A stretch of 64,000 nucleotides of DNA from Lachnospiraceae bacterium (GCA_963612015.1 CAVDTR010000002.1:75179-139178); one strand, 5' to 3'. Numbered from the stretch's first letter, positions 22,169 to 34,883 are shown. Notes: generated by a model from the letters alone, not told the origin. Made by a program: numbers and translations.

Positions 22169-22762
22169 TTACTTAGAGTACAACTCGACGATAAGCATTT
22201 CATCAACTGGGACATCGATCTGCTCGCGGGAAGGTAATTCCTTAACAGTTCCCTGAAGCTTCTCAGCATCAACGTCTAACCATTCCGGAACAAGTCTGCC
22301 ACCAGCAACTTCGATGACGTCCTTCATTCTCTGAATGTTCTTCTTGCTCTCTTTGATTTCGATAACATCTCCAGCCTTTACAAGGTAAGAAGGAATGTTT
22401 ACACACTTGCCGTTTACGGTAACGAACTTGTGGTCAACGATCTGTCTTGCCTCTCTTCTGGTTCTAGCAAAACCAAGGCGGAATACTACGTTGTCAAGTC
22501 TTGACTCAAGGATAGTCATAAGGTTTGTACCTGTCATACCCTTCATCTGGTCAGCCTTTAAGTAGTAGTTGTGGAAAGGCTTCTCCAATACACCGTAGAT
22601 GAATTTAGCCTTCTGCTTCTCTTTTAACTGAAGTCCGTACTCAGATACCTTGCGGTTAGATCTGGTTAAATTTCTCTTAGACTTCTTATCATATCCTAAA
22701 TAGCTTGGCTCCAAGCCAAGGGATCTGCATCTCTTCAATACAGGGGTTTTATTAACTGCCAT
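22169..22762 (-). CDS. rpsD: 30S ribosomal protein uS4
   Basis: SEYGLQLKEKQK, LESRLDNVVFR. Confidence 0.99.
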   Translation of the reverse strand: MAVNKTPVLKRCRSLGLEPSYLGYDKKSKRNLTRSNRKVSEYGLQLKEKQKAKFIYGVLEKPFHNYYLKADQMKGMTGTNLMTILESRLDNVVFRLGFARTRREARQIVDHKFVTVNGKCVNIPSYLVKAGDVIEIKESKKNIQRMKDVIEVAGGRLVPEWLDVDAEKLQGTVKELPSREQIDVPVDEMLIVELYSK

Positions 22763-22781
22763 CTTAATCTATACCTCCTAA

Positions 22782-23177
22782 TTAAACTCTTCTGCGCTTT
22801 GGTGGACGACATCCATTGTGAGGTACCGGAGTTACGTCTCTAATGGAAGTTACTTCGATTCCGCATGCAGAGAGCGCACGGATAGCTGCTTCTCTTCCTG
22901 AACCTGGTCCCTTAACGAATACATCAACTGTCTTTAAACCATGAATCATAGCTGCCTTAGCTGCGGTTTCTGCTGCCATCTGTGCAGCGTATGGAGTAGA
23001 CTTCTTTGAACCTCTAAATCCAAGACCACCAGCGCTAGCCCATGATAATGCGTTACCTTCAGCATCTGTAAGAGTCACGATTGTATTATTGAAAGATGAC
23101 TGAATATGTGCCTGTCCGCGTTCAACGTTTTTCTTAATACGCTTTTTTGTTACTTTCTTTGCAACTGTCTTAGCCAT
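22782..23177 (-). CDS. rpsK: 30S ribosomal protein uS11
   Basis: [25 protein letters not shown]. Confidence 0.99.
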   Translation of the reverse strand: MAKTVAKKVTKKRIKKNVERGQAHIQSSFNNTIVTLTDAEGNALSWASAGGLGFRGSKKSTPYAAQMAAETAAKAAMIHGLKTVDVFVKGPGSGREAAIRALSACGIEVTSIRDVTPVPHNGCRPPKRRRV

Positions 23178-23205
23178 ATCTAAACTAACCTACTTTCTCA
23201 AATGA

Positions 23206-23574
23206 TTACTTTTTCTTATTTGCTACAGTTCTCTTAGGACCTTTTCTTGTTCTTGCGTTGGTCTTTGTCTTCTGTCCACGAACAGGAAGTCCCTTTCTGT
23301 GACGGATTCCACGATAGCATCCGATTTCCTGAAGTCTCTTGATATTAAGAGCGATCTCTCTTCTTAAATCACCTTCTACAGTCTGAGTCTCATCGATGAC
23401 TGCACTGATTCTCTTTACTTCTTCGTCAGTCAAATCTCTAACACGAGTGTTAGGATCTACATTTGCTGCTTCAAGGATACGGTTAGAGCTCACTCTACCA
23501 ATTCCGTAGATGTAAGTTAAGCCGATCTCAACACGTTTTTCTCTTGGTAAATCTACACCTGCAATACGAGCCAT
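23206..23574 (-). CDS. rpsM: 30S ribosomal protein uS13
   Basis: [24 protein letters not shown]. Confidence 0.99.
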   Translation of the reverse strand: MARIAGVDLPREKRVEIGLTYIYGIGRVSSNRILEAANVDPNTRVRDLTDEEVKRISAVIDETQTVEGDLRREIALNIKRLQEIGCYRGIRHRKGLPVRGQKTKTNARTRKGPKRTVANKKK

Positions 23575-23871
23575 GTGTGTTTACACCTCCATAAAATTTT
23601 CCTGATTGATAGTAACGGATATATCGCAACAATATATCGTATCCCGAAAGCCATCCTGCATACAGCTGCGGTTGCACGCCCTGAAATGTGTGTACGAAAA
23701 ATGGTTCTCCATGATTGCATATTACGAGCGGGATATTCGGTATTCTATCTCCGCCTTACAGATATGCTCTGTTTATTATGAACAGCGAAAGGTCTTTCGC
23801 TGCAGCCGCACATAATGATTTGAAAAGGTTCTCCTAAACGCACAAATAGCAGGGTCAAATACGATTGGTAA
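23575..23871 (-). promoter_or_regulatory. long structured leader upstream of rpsM (candidate S4-type r-leader)
   Basis: About 297-nt non-coding gap with hairpins (CAGCGAAAG/CTTTCGCTG, GATATATCG..GATATATC-like) at the alpha-operon leader position. Confidence 0.45.
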
Positions 23872-23985
23872 TTAACCCTGTCTCTGCTTATGCTTTGGAT
23901 TCTCGCAGATAATGCGAATGCTTCCTTTTCTCTTGATAACTTTGCACTTTTCGCAAATAGGTTTAACTGATGATCTTACCTTCAC
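23872..23985 (-). CDS. rpmJ: 50S ribosomal protein bL36 (Zn-ribbon C+ form)
   Basis: Not in the ORF track. Manual translation from [40 protein letters not shown]. Confidence 0.98.
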   Translation of the reverse strand: MKVRSSVKPICEKCKVIKRKGSIRIICENPKHKQRQG

Positions 23986-24070
23986 AGCAAATCCTCCTTT
24001 CTCTATAAAAGTCCCATTTTACGGCATTTTACCGCCTTTTCGGGTACTTTTCCAAAAGTGTCCGTTTAGT

Positions 24071-24099
24071 ATTATACACATTGACTTTCAAGAAGTCAA
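24071..24099 (-). promoter_or_regulatory. internal sigma-A promoter for rpmJ/alpha operon
   Basis: TTGACT-17-TATAAT, overlapping the ATTGACTT/AAGTCAAT inverted repeat. Confidence 0.7.
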
Positions 24100-24106
24100 T
24101 ATAAAT

Positions 24107-24325
24107 TTATTTATCTCTCCAAATGATTCTACCTTTTGTAAGATCATACGGGGACATTTCAATGGTTACTTTATCTCCCGGCAAAATACGGATAAAATTC
24201 ATACGAAGCTTTCCGCTGATGGTTGCCAAAATCTGGTGTCCGTTCTCAAGCTCCACCTTAAAAAAAGCGTTTGGTAACTTCTCTACAACAACACCTTCTA
24301 CTTCAATCACGTCTGCCTTTGACAT
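24107..24325 (-). CDS. infA: translation initiation factor IF-1
   Basis: [28 protein letters not shown]. Confidence 0.99.
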   Translation of the reverse strand: MSKADVIEVEGVVVEKLPNAFFKVELENGHQILATISGKLRMNFIRILPGDKVTIEMSPYDLTKGRIIWRDK

Positions 24326-24372
24326 AATCTCTTCATACCTCCTGTTTGATATCTACCTGATTGTTCTTGCGC

Positions 24373-25170
24373 CTACCGGATCAGATCCAGATAGCCGGCT
24401 GCTTTTTCGTCCTCTGTCAGTGAGAGGATCTCCGGTTCGTCCTCTGTAATCAATATTGTGTTCTCATAATGAGCGGAAAGGGATCTGTCTTCCGTTATAA
24501 CGGTCCATTCATCGTCCATCCAAAGTACCTCCGGTGCGCCCGCATTGATCATCGGTTCAATCGCAAGCGTCATGCCCGGGTGGAGCTTGATACCCCTATG
24601 CGGCCATCTCTGCCGGAAATTCGGCACTTCCGGTTCCTCATGCAGGTTCGTTCCGATTCCGTGTCCGACAAGGTCGTAAACGACTCCGTAGCCTCTTGCT
24701 GTCGCATAATCTCCGATCGCTGCGGAGATATCGTACAGATGATTTCCTGCCCGCGCCTTCTTGACACCTTCAAAGAATGACATCCGCGTCACATCGATGA
24801 GTGCCTGCGCCTCCTTGCTGACTTCGCCGACTGCCACAGTCCTTGCTGCGTCAGAATGGTATCCCTTGTAGATCACGCCCGCGTCAAGACTTACGATGTC
24901 GCCTTCCTTGATGATGTGATCCTTGTTCGGTATACCGTGGACAACTTCCTCGTTTACCGATACGCAGATGGAAGCCGGATATCCGCAATAATTCAGAAAC
25001 GACGGAATACATCCGTAGCTCCGGATCATCTCTTCTCCCAACCGGTCAATATCCAAAGTAGACATCCCTGGTTTGATTGCTTTGCCGAGATTCTGATGAA
25101 CGAGGGCGAGGATTCTCCCCGCCTCCCGCATCAATTCGATCTCGCTGTCAGATTTAATCGTAACCGACAT
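24373..25170 (-). CDS. map: type I methionine aminopeptidase
   Basis: SVNEEVVHGIP, GYHSD, GHGIG, IEPM, SAHYE. Confidence 0.97.
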   Translation of the reverse strand: MSVTIKSDSEIELMREAGRILALVHQNLGKAIKPGMSTLDIDRLGEEMIRSYGCIPSFLNYCGYPASICVSVNEEVVHGIPNKDHIIKEGDIVSLDAGVIYKGYHSDAARTVAVGEVSKEAQALIDVTRMSFFEGVKKARAGNHLYDISAAIGDYATARGYGVVYDLVGHGIGTNLHEEPEVPNFRQRWPHRGIKLHPGMTLAIEPMINAGAPEVLWMDDEWTVITEDRSLSAHYENTILITEDEPEILSLTEDEKAAGYLDLIR

Positions 25171-25174
25171 GTTT

Positions 25175-25837
<663 letters not shown>

Positions 25838-25903
25838 TCAAAAATGGGGTTCTGTGAAGATACACGAATGGAGATACGGGCAAAACCTGTATCTCCAAAC
25901 TTA

Positions 25904-27223
25904 TTAATCATTCAAAAATCCTTTATAGTAGCGAACACGCATCTGGGATTCAATCTGCTTCAAGGTCTCGATTACGACACCTACGATAATGATGATTGAA
26001 GTTCCACCAAATGACACATCAGCGCCAAACACACCGTTGAAGAAAATCGGAATTACTGCAACGATGGTAAGACCAACCGCACCGATAAATACGATGTAGT
26101 TTAAGATCTGATTTAAGTAATCGCTTGTCGGCTTACCCGGACGAATACCAGGAACAAACCCACCTGCACGCTTCATGTTGTTGGCAATCTCAAGCGGATT
26201 AAATGTAATCTGCGTATAGAAATATGCGAACGCGATGATAAGTGCGATGTACACGATCAGTCCGATAGAGTATACCGGATTCTTCGGATCACACCAGTTA
26301 GACTGGGATAATCCTCTTAAAATCTTGCTTCCGATGCCGGTTCCGTTACCCTTGCCTAACAAGCTGGCAATAATGACCGGAGTCTGCATTAACGACTGAG
26401 CAAAAATTACAGGGATTACACCACCGGTATTTACCTTAAGCGGGATATGAGTCTGCTGACCGCCAACCTGCTTTCTTCCCTGGATTTTCTTAGAATACTG
26501 AACAGGGATTCTGCGCTCTGCGCCCTGAAGGAGAATAACAAATACTACCATCGCAACAATGATTGCCACGATGATGAGTGCTGCTACGATTCCCTTCGGA
26601 ATAGAGCCTGCAGAAACGATGAACTGGTTCCAAAGGGTTCCAAGGTCATCCGGGATACGGGAGATAATATTGATCGTAAGTACGATGGAAATACCATTTC
26701 CGATTCCCTTCTCTGTGATTCTCTCGCCGATCCACATAAGAACTGCTGATCCGGCTGTAAGTGCTACAATTACCTGGATCACTGTGAGAGCACTCTTGTC
26801 TACCAAGTATCCTCCACGGTAAAATCCGATGGTCATTGCGATCGCTTCGATCAATCCAAGCGCGATCGTGAGATAACGGGTGATCTCAACGATCTTCTTT
26901 CTTCCATCTTCACCGTCACGCTGTAATTCCTCAAGCTTCGGAATTGCGATCGTGAGAAGCTGCATGATAATGGAAGAAGTAATGTATGGTGTAATGTTAA
27001 GTGCAAATACGGACATGTTCAAGAAAGAACCACCGGTAATTGCATCAAAAAAGCCCAATCCGTCTGCTGTCTGGTTTGCAAACCAATCCTGGAATACAGA
27101 ACCGTTAACACCCGGAACCGGAAGCTCGCTTCCGATTCGGATGACAACTAACATAAAAAAAGTAAAAATGATTCTTTTACGAATATCCTTAACTTTAAAT
27201 GCATTACGGAGTGTCTCAAGCAT
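25904..27223 (-). CDS. secY: preprotein translocase SecY
   Basis: ITPYITSSIIMQLL, GIGNGIS, PGIRPG, GGTSIII. Confidence 0.99.
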   Translation of the reverse strand: MLETLRNAFKVKDIRKRIIFTFFMLVVIRIGSELPVPGVNGSVFQDWFANQTADGLGFFDAITGGSFLNMSVFALNITPYITSSIIMQLLTIAIPKLEELQRDGEDGRKKIVEITRYLTIALGLIEAIAMTIGFYRGGYLVDKSALTVIQVIVALTAGSAVLMWIGERITEKGIGNGISIVLTINIISRIPDDLGTLWNQFIVSAGSIPKGIVAALIIVAIIVAMVVFVILLQGAERRIPVQYSKKIQGRKQVGGQQTHIPLKVNTGGVIPVIFAQSLMQTPVIIASLLGKGNGTGIGSKILRGLSQSNWCDPKNPVYSIGLIVYIALIIAFAYFYTQITFNPLEIANNMKRAGGFVPGIRPGKPTSDYLNQILNYIVFIGAVGLTIVAVIPIFFNGVFGADVSFGGTSIIIIVGVVIETLKQIESQMRVRYYKGFLND

Positions 27224-27663
27224 TAGATCACCTCTGCTTTTCCACCAAGAGCCTCAATCTTTTCTTTTGCGCTTGCACTGAATGCATTTGCCTGAACTGT
27301 AAGCTTCTTAGTAAGTTCACCATTTCCAAGAATCTTTACGCCGTCTTTAGGGTTCTTTACAACGCCTGCCTCGATGAGTGTATCAACGGAAACAACTGCG
27401 TCATTCTCGAATTTCTCTAAAGCGGAAAGGTTAATGGCAACAATTGTCTGAGTGTTTCTGTTCTTGAAACCTCTCTTTGGCAATCTTCTGTATAATGGCA
27501 TCTGACCACCTTCAAATCCTGGTCTTGGTGCTCCAGAACGAGCTTTCTGACCCTTGTGGCCCTTACCAGCAGTCTTACCATTTCCTGATCCATGTCCACG
27601 TCCGCGTCTGAAATTGTCGCTATGAACAGAACCCTCTGCTGCTTTTAAACTAGATAAATCCAT
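27223..27663 (-). CDS. rplO: 50S ribosomal protein uL15
   Basis: [30 protein letters not shown]. Confidence 0.99.
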   Translation of the reverse strand: MDLSSLKAAEGSVHSDNFRRGRGHGSGNGKTAGKGHKGQKARSGAPRPGFEGGQMPLYRRLPKRGFKNRNTQTIVAINLSALEKFENDAVVSVDTLIEAGVVKNPKDGVKILGNGELTKKLTVQANAFSASAKEKIEALGGKAEVI

Positions 27664-27682
27664 TATGGCACCTCCTTGTCTT

Positions 27683-27868
27683 TTATGCTTCTTCTACTTT
27701 TACATACGGTGCTACTTTGCGAAGTGCTCCCTGAGTAGCTGCGTTATCCGGTAATTCTACCGTCTTGTATAACTTGGATAATCCCAGAGCTTCGATTGTC
27801 TTCTTGTTCTTAGGAACAGCACCGATCGTTGACTTAATAAGTGTAACCTTTACTTTCTTATCTGCCAT
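27683..27868 (-). CDS. rpmD: 50S ribosomal protein uL30
   Basis: VTLIKSTIG...LGL, position between rpsE and rplO. Confidence 0.96.
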   Translation of the reverse strand: MADKKVKVTLIKSTIGAVPKNKKTIEALGLSKLYKTVELPDNAATQGALRKVAPYVKVEEA

Positions 27869-27882
27869 TTCTCAATACCTCC

Positions 27883-28392
27883 TTAACCTAAGATCTCTTC
27901 AACAGACTTTCCGCGAAGCTTTGCAATTTCTTCCGGGGCTCTGAGCTGCTTTAATGCCTCGATTGTTGCAAGAACAACGTTCTGCTTGTTGTTTGAGCCT
28001 AAAGACTTTGTACGGATGTTCTGGATTCCGGCGATCTCACATACGGAACGAGCCGGACCACCAGCGATGATACCAGTACCTTCAGGAGACTTCTTAAGTA
28101 ATACGGAAGCACCTGTGTATTTTCCTGTTACATCATGTGTAATACTATTGTTCTCATCCAGACGAACGCTGATCATGCTCTTGATTGCGTCTTCCTTACC
28201 CTTGCGGATAGCTTCCGGAATTTCGGTTGCCTTTCCAAGTCCGGCACCTACATGACCATTCTTATCGCCAACAACAACGAGAGCTGTGAAACGCATGTTA
28301 CGTCCACCCTTAACAACCTTTGTTACACGCTTGATGTCAACAACGTTGTCAACTAATTCTAATTGACTTGCATCAATGATTTCACGTTTCAT
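27883..28392 (-). CDS. rpsE: 30S ribosomal protein uS5
   Basis: [18 protein letters not shown]. Confidence 0.99.
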   Translation of the reverse strand: MKREIIDASQLELVDNVVDIKRVTKVVKGGRNMRFTALVVVGDKNGHVGAGLGKATEIPEAIRKGKEDAIKSMISVRLDENNSITHDVTGKYTGASVLLKKSPEGTGIIAGGPARSVCEIAGIQNIRTKSLGSNNKQNVVLATIEALKQLRAPEEIAKLRGKSVEEILG

Positions 28393-28404
28393 GTTTGTTT
28401 CCTC

Positions 28405-28773
28405 CTAAAAATCTAAGCCAGCTTCTCTTGCTGCTTCAGCTAATGCCTTAACCTTGCCTGCGTAGATGAAACCACCTCTATCGAAGACTACAGTAGAGAT
28501 ACCCTTATCAAGAGCCTTCTTAGCAATGATGGTTCCAAGCTTAGCTGCTGCCTCAACGTTATTGGTCTTCTCGATTTCTGCCTTTACGTCTTTGTCAAGA
28601 GTAGATGCAGAAACAAGTGTATTACCAACAGTATCATCAATGATCTGCGCATACATATGGTTGTTACTTCTGAAAACAGCTAAACGAGGACGCTCAGATG
28701 TTCCGGAAAGATGAAAACGCATTCTGTCATGCTTTTTTACACGAACTTCAGTTCTAGATTTCTTGCTTACCAT
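28405..28773 (-). CDS. rplR: 50S ribosomal protein uL18
   Basis: [17 protein letters not shown]. Confidence 0.99.
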   Translation of the reverse strand: MVSKKSRTEVRVKKHDRMRFHLSGTSERPRLAVFRSNNHMYAQIIDDTVGNTLVSASTLDKDVKAEIEKTNNVEAAAKLGTIIAKKALDKGISTVVFDRGGFIYAGKVKALAEAAREAGLDF

Positions 28774-28792
28774 TTCCTGTCCACTCCTTTAC

Positions 28793-29332
28793 TTATTTTT
28801 TACCGGTCTTACCAACTTTACGACGGATAACTTCATCAGCATACTTGATACCCTTACCCTTGTATGGTTCAGGAGCTCTCTTAGCTCTGATTTCAGCTGC
28901 GTACTGGCCAACCTTCTCTTTATCGATACCCTTAATGATAATCTTGTTATCTTCAACGACTGCCTCAAGACCTTCTGGATCTTCCATCTCTACCGGATGA
29001 GAGTATCCAAGGTTAAGAGTAAGCTTCTTTCCGGACTTAGATGCTCTGTAACCAACACCGTTTACTTCAAGGGTCTTGGTGTAGCCTTCGGTTACACCTA
29101 CTACCATGTTGTGGATCAGTGTTCTTGTAAGTCCGTGTAAAGACTTCATCTTCTTCAAATCATTTGGTCTTGAAACGATGATTTCAGAACCTTCTAATTT
29201 GATGTCCATTTCTGCTGGGAGAGTTCTCTCCAGAGTTCCCTTAGGACCTTTTACAGTCACATGATTATTTTCTGCAATATCTACAGTTACGCCTGCAGGT
29301 ACTGCGATTGGCATTCTTCCTATACGTGACAT
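28793..29332 (-). CDS. rplF: 50S ribosomal protein uL6
   Basis: [17 protein letters not shown]. Confidence 0.99.
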   Translation of the reverse strand: MSRIGRMPIAVPAGVTVDIAENNHVTVKGPKGTLERTLPAEMDIKLEGSEIIVSRPNDLKKMKSLHGLTRTLIHNMVVGVTEGYTKTLEVNGVGYRASKSGKKLTLNLGYSHPVEMEDPEGLEAVVEDNKIIIKGIDKEKVGQYAAEIRAKRAPEPYKGKGIKYADEVIRRKVGKTGKK

Positions 29333-29473
29333 GCCCGTACCTCCTTATAATTTGTATGTCCAGCTTCTATAGCTGGTTTATACCACTGGTTACTTTTAAA
29401 TGTCCTATACTTTACATCATGGATGCATCGAGTATATGGACTTGTGCTCGCTTAATAGGTAGTTGCTTTCGGG

Positions 29474-29878
29474 CTACCAAACGAATGCTAATACTTCTCC
29501 ACCAACCTGAAGCTTGCGAGCTTCCTTATCAGTGATAATTCCCTGATTGGTTGAAAGAATTGCGATTCCTAATCCACCAAGTACAGAAGGAATCTCGTCC
29601 TTGCCTGCGTATACACGAAGACCTGGCTTAGAAATTCTCTTAATACCGGTGATAACCTTCTCGTTCTTATCTGCGCCGTACTTTAAAGTAACGCGGATAG
29701 TCTTGAAGTTGCCATCTTCGATGATGTCGTACTTCTCGATGAATCCTTCATCAACAAGGATACCAGCGATTGCAACCTTAATCTTGGAAGATGGAATATC
29801 TACTGTATCATGCTTAGCAGTATTTGCATTACGGATTCTTGTAAGCATATCTGCGATTGGATCACTTGTCATCATCAT
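29474..29878 (-). CDS. rpsH: 30S ribosomal protein uS8
   Basis: [26 protein letters not shown]. Confidence 0.99.
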   Translation of the reverse strand: MMMTSDPIADMLTRIRNANTAKHDTVDIPSSKIKVAIAGILVDEGFIEKYDIIEDGNFKTIRVTLKYGADKNEKVITGIKRISKPGLRVYAGKDEIPSVLGGLGIAILSTNQGIITDKEARKLQVGGEVLAFVW

Positions 29879-29898
29879 GATATTTTTCCTCCTTAATT

Positions 29899-30084
29899 CT
29901 ACCAAGACGCTTTCTTAACGCCTGGAATCTGACCTTTATATGCTAACTCACGGAAACATACTCTGCAGATTCCGTATTTTCTTAAAACTGAATGTGGACG
30001 TCCACAAATTCTGCAACGTGTATATTCTCTGGTAGAGAATTTTGGTTTACGCTGCTGCTTGATTTTCATACTTGTCTTAGCCAT
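29899..30084 (-). CDS. rpsN: 30S ribosomal protein uS14 (type Z, Zn-binding)
   Basis: RCRICGR...[17 protein letters not shown]. Confidence 0.98.
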   Translation of the reverse strand: MAKTSMKIKQQRKPKFSTREYTRCRICGRPHSVLRKYGICRVCFRELAYKGQIPGVKKASW

Positions 30085-30100
30085 TAAAATTCCCTCCTGA

Positions 30101-30640
30101 TTACTTTGCAAATGGCATGTTAAACTGTGCCAAAAGCTCGCGTGCCTCTTCGTCGGTCTTAGCGGTTGTAACGAAGATAACGTCCATACCTCTTACCTTG
30201 TCAACCTTATCGTACTCGATCTCTGGGAAAATGATCTGCTCCTTGATTCCAAGTGCATAATTTCCACGTCCGTCAAATGCGTTCGGGTTAACACCTCTAA
30301 AGTCACGTACACGAGGTAATGCTAAGTTGATCAAACGATCTGCGAACTCATACATCTTCTCGCCACGAAGGGTTACTTTACATCCGATCGGCATACCCTC
30401 ACGAATCTTGAAGTTTGCTACTGCGTTCTTTGCCTTTGTAGTAACAGCCTTCTGACCGGTGATGGTCTCCATATCCTTAACAGCTGCCTCAAGGAGCTTT
30501 GCGTTTTCCTTAGCTTCGCCAACACCCATGTTTACTACGATCTTGTCGAGCTTTGGAATCTCCATTGCGTTCTTATATCCGAACTTCTTGACCAGTGCGT
30601 CCTTGATCTCGTTCTCATACTGTTCTCTGAGTCTACTCAA
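30101..30640 (-). CDS. rplE: 50S ribosomal protein uL5
   Basis: [21 protein letters not shown] start. Confidence 0.99.
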   Translation of the reverse strand: MSRLREQYENEIKDALVKKFGYKNAMEIPKLDKIVVNMGVGEAKENAKLLEAAVKDMETITGQKAVTTKAKNAVANFKIREGMPIGCKVTLRGEKMYEFADRLINLALPRVRDFRGVNPNAFDGRGNYALGIKEQIIFPEIEYDKVDKVRGMDVIFVTTAKTDEEARELLAQFNMPFAK

Positions 30641-30662
30641 TGTCTTGTCCTCCTCTCTTCAA

Positions 30663-30974
30663 TTAGTCGATAACATCGCCTGTTGACTTAGCGAAACGAA
30701 CCTTCTTGTCTCCATCAAGCTTGAAACCAACTCTGGTAGCTTTTCCCTTGTGAAGGTACATAACGTTAGATGCGTCAATCGGTGCTTCCTGATGAATGAT
30801 ACCACCCTGCTGGTTAGCCATGCTTGGCTTTGCATGCTTGGTTACCATGTTGATACCTTCAACAAGAAGAGTGTTGTCTGCTTTATTTACGGCAATAACC
30901 TTGCCCTCTTTGTCTTTGTCTTTTCCAGCGATAACCTTAACCATATCGCCTTTCTTGATCTTCATACTTGCCAT
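30663..30974 (-). CDS. rplX: 50S ribosomal protein uL24
   Basis: [23 protein letters not shown]. Confidence 0.99.
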   Translation of the reverse strand: MASMKIKKGDMVKVIAGKDKDKEGKVIAVNKADNTLLVEGINMVTKHAKPSMANQQGGIIHQEAPIDASNVMYLHKGKATRVGFKLDGDKKVRFAKSTGDVID

Positions 30975-30986
30975 CTAAAGTTCCTC

Positions 30987-31355
30987 CTATAATACTTCTG
31001 GAGCCAGAGAAACAATTCTCATGAACTGCTTCTCGCGAAGCTCACGAGCTACTGGTCCAAAGATACGAGTTCCTTTTGGAGTTTTGTCATCTTTAATGAT
31101 AACGGCTGCGTTCTCATCAAATTTGATATAGGAGCCATCCTTACGACGTGCACCCTTTACTGAACGAACAACTACGGCCTTAACTACATCACCTTTTTTA
31201 ACAACACCGCCTGGTGTTGCGTCTTTAACGGATGCAACAACAACATCGCCAATGTTCGCATATCTTCTGGTAGATCCACCCATAGTGCGGATAACAAGTA
31301 ACTCTTTGGCTCCGGTGTTATCTGCTACCTTAAGTCTGCTTTCCTGCTGTACCAT
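30987..31355 (-). CDS. rplN: 50S ribosomal protein uL14
   Basis: [20 protein letters not shown]. Confidence 0.99.
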   Translation of the reverse strand: MVQQESRLKVADNTGAKELLVIRTMGGSTRRYANIGDVVVASVKDATPGGVVKKGDVVKAVVVRSVKGARRKDGSYIKFDENAAVIIKDDKTPKGTRIFGPVARELREKQFMRIVSLAPEVL

Positions 31356-31374
31356 GCTTGTAGCCTCCTCTCAA

Positions 31375-31632
31375 CTATTTTGCTCTTTCCATGATCTCAA
31401 CAAGTCTCCATCTCTTATCCTTAGATAATGGTCTTGTCTCCATAACTCTGACGGTATCACCGATCTTAGCTTCGTTGTTCTCGTCATGAGCCTTTAATTT
31501 GTATGTCTTCTTCACGATCTTGTTGTAAAGTGGATGTCTTACGTTATCTCTAACAGCTACAACGATTGTCTTATCCATCTTGTCGCTGACAACTTCACCA
31601 ACACGTGTTTTTCTAAGATTTCTTTCTTCCAC
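31375..31632 (-). CDS. rpsQ: 30S ribosomal protein uS17
   Basis: [20 protein letters not shown]. Confidence 0.99.
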   Translation of the reverse strand: MEERNLRKTRVGEVVSDKMDKTIVVAVRDNVRHPLYNKIVKKTYKLKAHDENNEAKIGDTVRVMETRPLSKDKRWRLVEIMERAK

Positions 31633-31664
31633 GACTTTAAGTCTCCTTTCTGATAGGATAATGC

Positions 31665-31868
31665 TTACTGAGCAGCCTTCTCGGTGATAACAGTCTGAAT
31701 TCTGGCGATATTCTTGCGAACCTCTTTGATTCTTGCTGTGTTATCTAACTGATTGGTTGCGTTCTGGAATCTCAAATTGAAAAGTTCCTTCTTTGCATCA
31801 ACGAGCTGTGCCTGTAAATCAGCAACGCTCTGAGACTTTAATTCTTCTAAATATGCACTAGTTTTCAT
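31665..31868 (-). CDS. rpmC: 50S ribosomal protein uL29
   Basis: [15 protein letters not shown]. Confidence 0.98.
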   Translation of the reverse strand: MKTSAYLEELKSQSVADLQAQLVDAKKELFNLRFQNATNQLDNTARIKEVRKNIARIQTVITEKAAQ

Positions 31869-32295
31869 TTGATTCACCGCCTTCTAAATCTGCACGAGAA
31901 ACTATCTTGCACTTGCAAGGTAATTTGTGTGTAGCAAGACGCAACGCTTCGCGCGCTACCTCTTCCGGAACACCGGAGATTTCAAATAATACTCTACCTG
32001 GTTTAACTACTGCTACCCAGTACTCTAAAGATCCTTTTCCAGAACCCATTCGAGTCTCAGCCGGCTTAGCTGTTACCGGCTTATCAGGGAAGATCTTGAT
32101 CCAAACTTTACCACCACGCTTGATGTAACGGGTCATAGCGATACGGGCTGCCTCGATCTGATTAGAACGGATCCAGCATGGCTCGGTTGCGACAATACCG
32201 TACTCACCATTGCTGATTGTGTTTCCTCTTGTAGCTTTTCCAGCCATGGAACCACGGAACTGTTTACGATGTTTAACTCTCTTTGGCATTAACAT
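31858..32295 (-). CDS. rplP: 50S ribosomal protein uL16
   Basis: [15 protein letters not shown]. Confidence 0.99.
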   Translation of the reverse strand: MLMPKRVKHRKQFRGSMAGKATRGNTISNGEYGIVATEPCWIRSNQIEAARIAMTRYIKRGGKVWIKIFPDKPVTAKPAETRMGSGKGSLEYWVAVVKPGRVLFEISGVPEEVAREALRLATHKLPCKCKIVSRADLEGGESNEN

Positions 32296-32297
32296 AA

Positions 32298-32954
32298 TTA
32301 CTGAGCTCCTCCTTCCTTATTAGCCTTTGTAGGAAGTACCTCGCCTTTGTAGATCCAAACCTTAACGCCGACCTTGCCGTAGGTTGTATCTGCTTCTGCG
32401 AAACCATAATCGATATCTGCACGAAGTGTCTGAAGCGGAATTGTTCCCTCTGAGTAGAACTCTGAACGAGCCATATCAGCTCCGCCAAGACGTCCTGAAC
32501 AGTTGGTCTTGATTCCCTTAGCGCCTGCCTTCATAGCACGGCCCATGCAAGACTTCATTGCTCTACGGAAGGAAACGCGGTTCTCAAGCTGAAGAGCGAT
32601 GTTCTCAGCTACTAACTGAGCATCCTTGTCCGGTCTCTTAACTTCCTTGATATCTACAACTAACTTCTTATCTGTAAGCTTCTGAACGTCAGCCTTGATC
32701 TTCTCGATCTCAGCTCCGCCCTTTCCGATTACAACACCCGGCTTAGCGGTGTAAAGGATAACCTTAACACGGTCAGATGATCTCTCGATCTCGATCTTTG
32801 CAACTCCGGCTGCGTATAACTTCTTCTTTAAAAATGTTCTGATATTGTAATCTTCAACTAAGTAATCAGCGAAATCACCTTCTGCATACCACTTGGAATC
32901 CCAGTCCTTGATTACGCCAACTCTTATGCCATGAGGATTGACTTTCTGTCCCAT
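32298..32954 (-). CDS. rpsC: 30S ribosomal protein uS3
   Basis: [20 protein letters not shown]. Confidence 0.99.
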   Translation of the reverse strand: MGQKVNPHGIRVGVIKDWDSKWYAEGDFADYLVEDYNIRTFLKKKLYAAGVAKIEIERSSDRVKVILYTAKPGVVIGKGGAEIEKIKADVQKLTDKKLVVDIKEVKRPDKDAQLVAENIALQLENRVSFRRAMKSCMGRAMKAGAKGIKTNCSGRLGGADMARSEFYSEGTIPLQTLRADIDYGFAEADTTYGKVGVKVWIYKGEVLPTKANKEGGAQ

Positions 32955-32963
32955 AATGACCTC

Positions 32964-33350
32964 CTATCTTTCATCCAGCACGATTGTAATGTGGCTTGTT
33001 CTCTTCTCGATGCGATAAGCTCTACCCTGTGCTCTCGGATGAATTCTCTTCATTGTTGGTCCCTTATTTGCAAAACATTCTGCAACGTAAAGGTTCTCTG
33101 CTTTCATTCCATTGTTGTTCTCAGCATTTGCGATAGCTGACTCTAATAACTTCTTAACTAAGCTTGAAGCATATCTCGGATTGTATGTTACGATTGCAAG
33201 TGCGGTTGCAACATCCTTTCCGCGGATTGCGTCTAATACGAAACAAGCTTTCTGAACAGACACTCTAGCGTAAGACAGCTTAGCTGAAGGTCTGGTGTCT
33301 TTTACTTCATTTCTCTCTCTCTTGATTTGGGATCTATGTCCTTTTGCCAT
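32964..33350 (-). CDS. rplV: 50S ribosomal protein uL22 (N-terminal extension)
   Basis: [23 protein letters not shown]. Confidence 0.98.
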   Translation of the reverse strand: MAKGHRSQIKRERNEVKDTRPSAKLSYARVSVQKACFVLDAIRGKDVATALAIVTYNPRYASSLVKKLLESAIANAENNNGMKAENLYVAECFANKGPTMKRIHPRAQGRAYRIEKRTSHITIVLDER

Positions 33351-33375
33351 GGATGAAACCTCCTTTCACTAAATC

Positions 33376-33657
33376 TTATCTAACGCCTGACTTCTTTTCG
33401 TCTTTTCCATGTCCTCTGTAAGTTCTTGTTGCAACGAACTCACCGAGCTTGTGTCCAACCATATCCTCGGTAACATATACCGGAACATGCTTTCTTCCGT
33501 CATGAACAGCGATTGTATGTCCAACGAAAGACGGGAAAATTGTAGAACGGCGGGACCAGGTCTTGATAACCTGCTTGTCACCGGAAGCGTTCATAGCGTC
33601 TACTTTTTTCAGTAAGCTTTCATCAGCAAATGGTCCTTTTTTCAATGAACGTGCCAT
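33376..33657 (-). CDS. rpsS: 30S ribosomal protein uS19
   Basis: [17 protein letters not shown]. Confidence 0.99.
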   Translation of the reverse strand: MARSLKKGPFADESLLKKVDAMNASGDKQVIKTWSRRSTIFPSFVGHTIAVHDGRKHVPVYVTEDMVGHKLGEFVATRTYRGHGKDEKKSGVR

Positions 33658-33673
33658 TTTATCAACCTCCTAA

Positions 33674-34516
33674 TTATTTGATTGCGCGACCGTCTCTTCT
33701 ACGAACGATCATCTTATTGGAATTCTTGTGCTTCTTTCTGGTCTTTAAGCCGAGTGCAGGCTTGCCCCAAGGAGTACATGGACCTGGACGTCCGATTGGA
33801 GCTCTACCTTCTCCACCACCGTGTGGATGGTCGTTAGGGTTCATAACAGAACCACGAACTGTCGGGCGGATACCCATGTGGCGCTTACGTCCAGCCTTAC
33901 CAATATTTACGAGGTTGTGATCACCATTTCCGATAACACCGATGGTTGCGCGGCAGTTGATCGGAACCATTCTCATTTCGCCAGATGGAAGACGAAGTGT
34001 TGCGTACTTTCCTTCCTTAGCCATAAGCTGTGCAGAAAGTCCAGCGGAACGAACAAGCTGTCCACCCTTTCCTGGAAGCAGCTCGATGTTGTGGATCTGA
34101 GTACCAACCGGGATGTTCTCAAGAGGTAAGCAGTTTCCGATTCTTACTTCTGCCTCTGCTCCGTTCATAACCTTCATTCCGTCGGTTAATCCAGCCGGTG
34201 CAAGGATATATGCCTTCTCGCCGTCTGCGTAGCAGATCAATGCGATGTTAGCAGTTCTGTTTGGATCGTACTCGATACCGATTACGGTTGCCGGGATGCC
34301 ATCCTTATTTCTCTTGAAATCGATTACTCTGTATTTTCTTCTGTTTCCACCACCCTGGTGTCTAACTGTGATCTTACCCTGGTTGTTACGTCCTGCGTTC
34401 TTCTTTAAGGAAACAACGAGTGACTTTTCAGGAGTTGTCTTTGTGATTTCAGAGAAATCAGATCCAGTCATGTTTCTTCTGGAAGGTGTATATGGGTTAT
34501 ATGTCTTAATTCCCAT
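33674..34516 (-). CDS. rplB: 50S ribosomal protein uL2
   Basis: [20 protein letters not shown]. Confidence 0.99.
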   Translation of the reverse strand: MGIKTYNPYTPSRRNMTGSDFSEITKTTPEKSLVVSLKKNAGRNNQGKITVRHQGGGNRRKYRVIDFKRNKDGIPATVIGIEYDPNRTANIALICYADGEKAYILAPAGLTDGMKVMNGAEAEVRIGNCLPLENIPVGTQIHNIELLPGKGGQLVRSAGLSAQLMAKEGKYATLRLPSGEMRMVPINCRATIGVIGNGDHNLVNIGKAGRKRHMGIRPTVRGSVMNPNDHPHGGGEGRAPIGRPGPCTPWGKPALGLKTRKKHKNSNKMIVRRRDGRAIK

Positions 34517-34583
34517 TGTTTTTCTCCTTTCGATATTTATTATCGTGCATCTCTGCACATAGTTGTGATCATCTTAGTCAATC

Positions 34584-34883
34584 TTATAATCCAGCGAAGA
34601 TCTCGATATCCTTGCTGTCAGCTGTAAGCTGAACGATTGCTTTCTTTGTCTTAGCAGTCTTTCCTGTTACCATTCCGCGACGCTTGTTCTTTCCGTCTGC
34701 GTTCATTGTGTTTACCTTGGCAACCTTTGTTCCCTCGAACATCTTCTCAACTGCATCTTTGATCATAGTCTTATTAGCCTCCGGATGAACAAGAAATGTG
34801 TATTTCTTTTCAGCCATAGCTGCCATACTCTTCTCGGTTACTACCGGCTTGAGGATTACATCATAATACTGTACGTTTGCCAT
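34584..34883 (-). CDS. rplW: 50S ribosomal protein uL23
   Basis: PVVTEKS, KKAIV. Confidence 0.98.
   Translation of the reverse strand: MANVQYYDVILKPVVTEKSMAAMAEKKYTFLVHPEANKTMIKDAVEKMFEGTKVAKVNTMNADGKNKRRGMVTGKTAKTKKAIVQLTADSKDIEIFAGL

Noticed and set aside
25870..25897. Hairpin sharing a GGCAAAACC loop with the one at 48658-48691
   Set aside because: The stems are unrelated and a 9-nt match seen twice is too weak to call a family.
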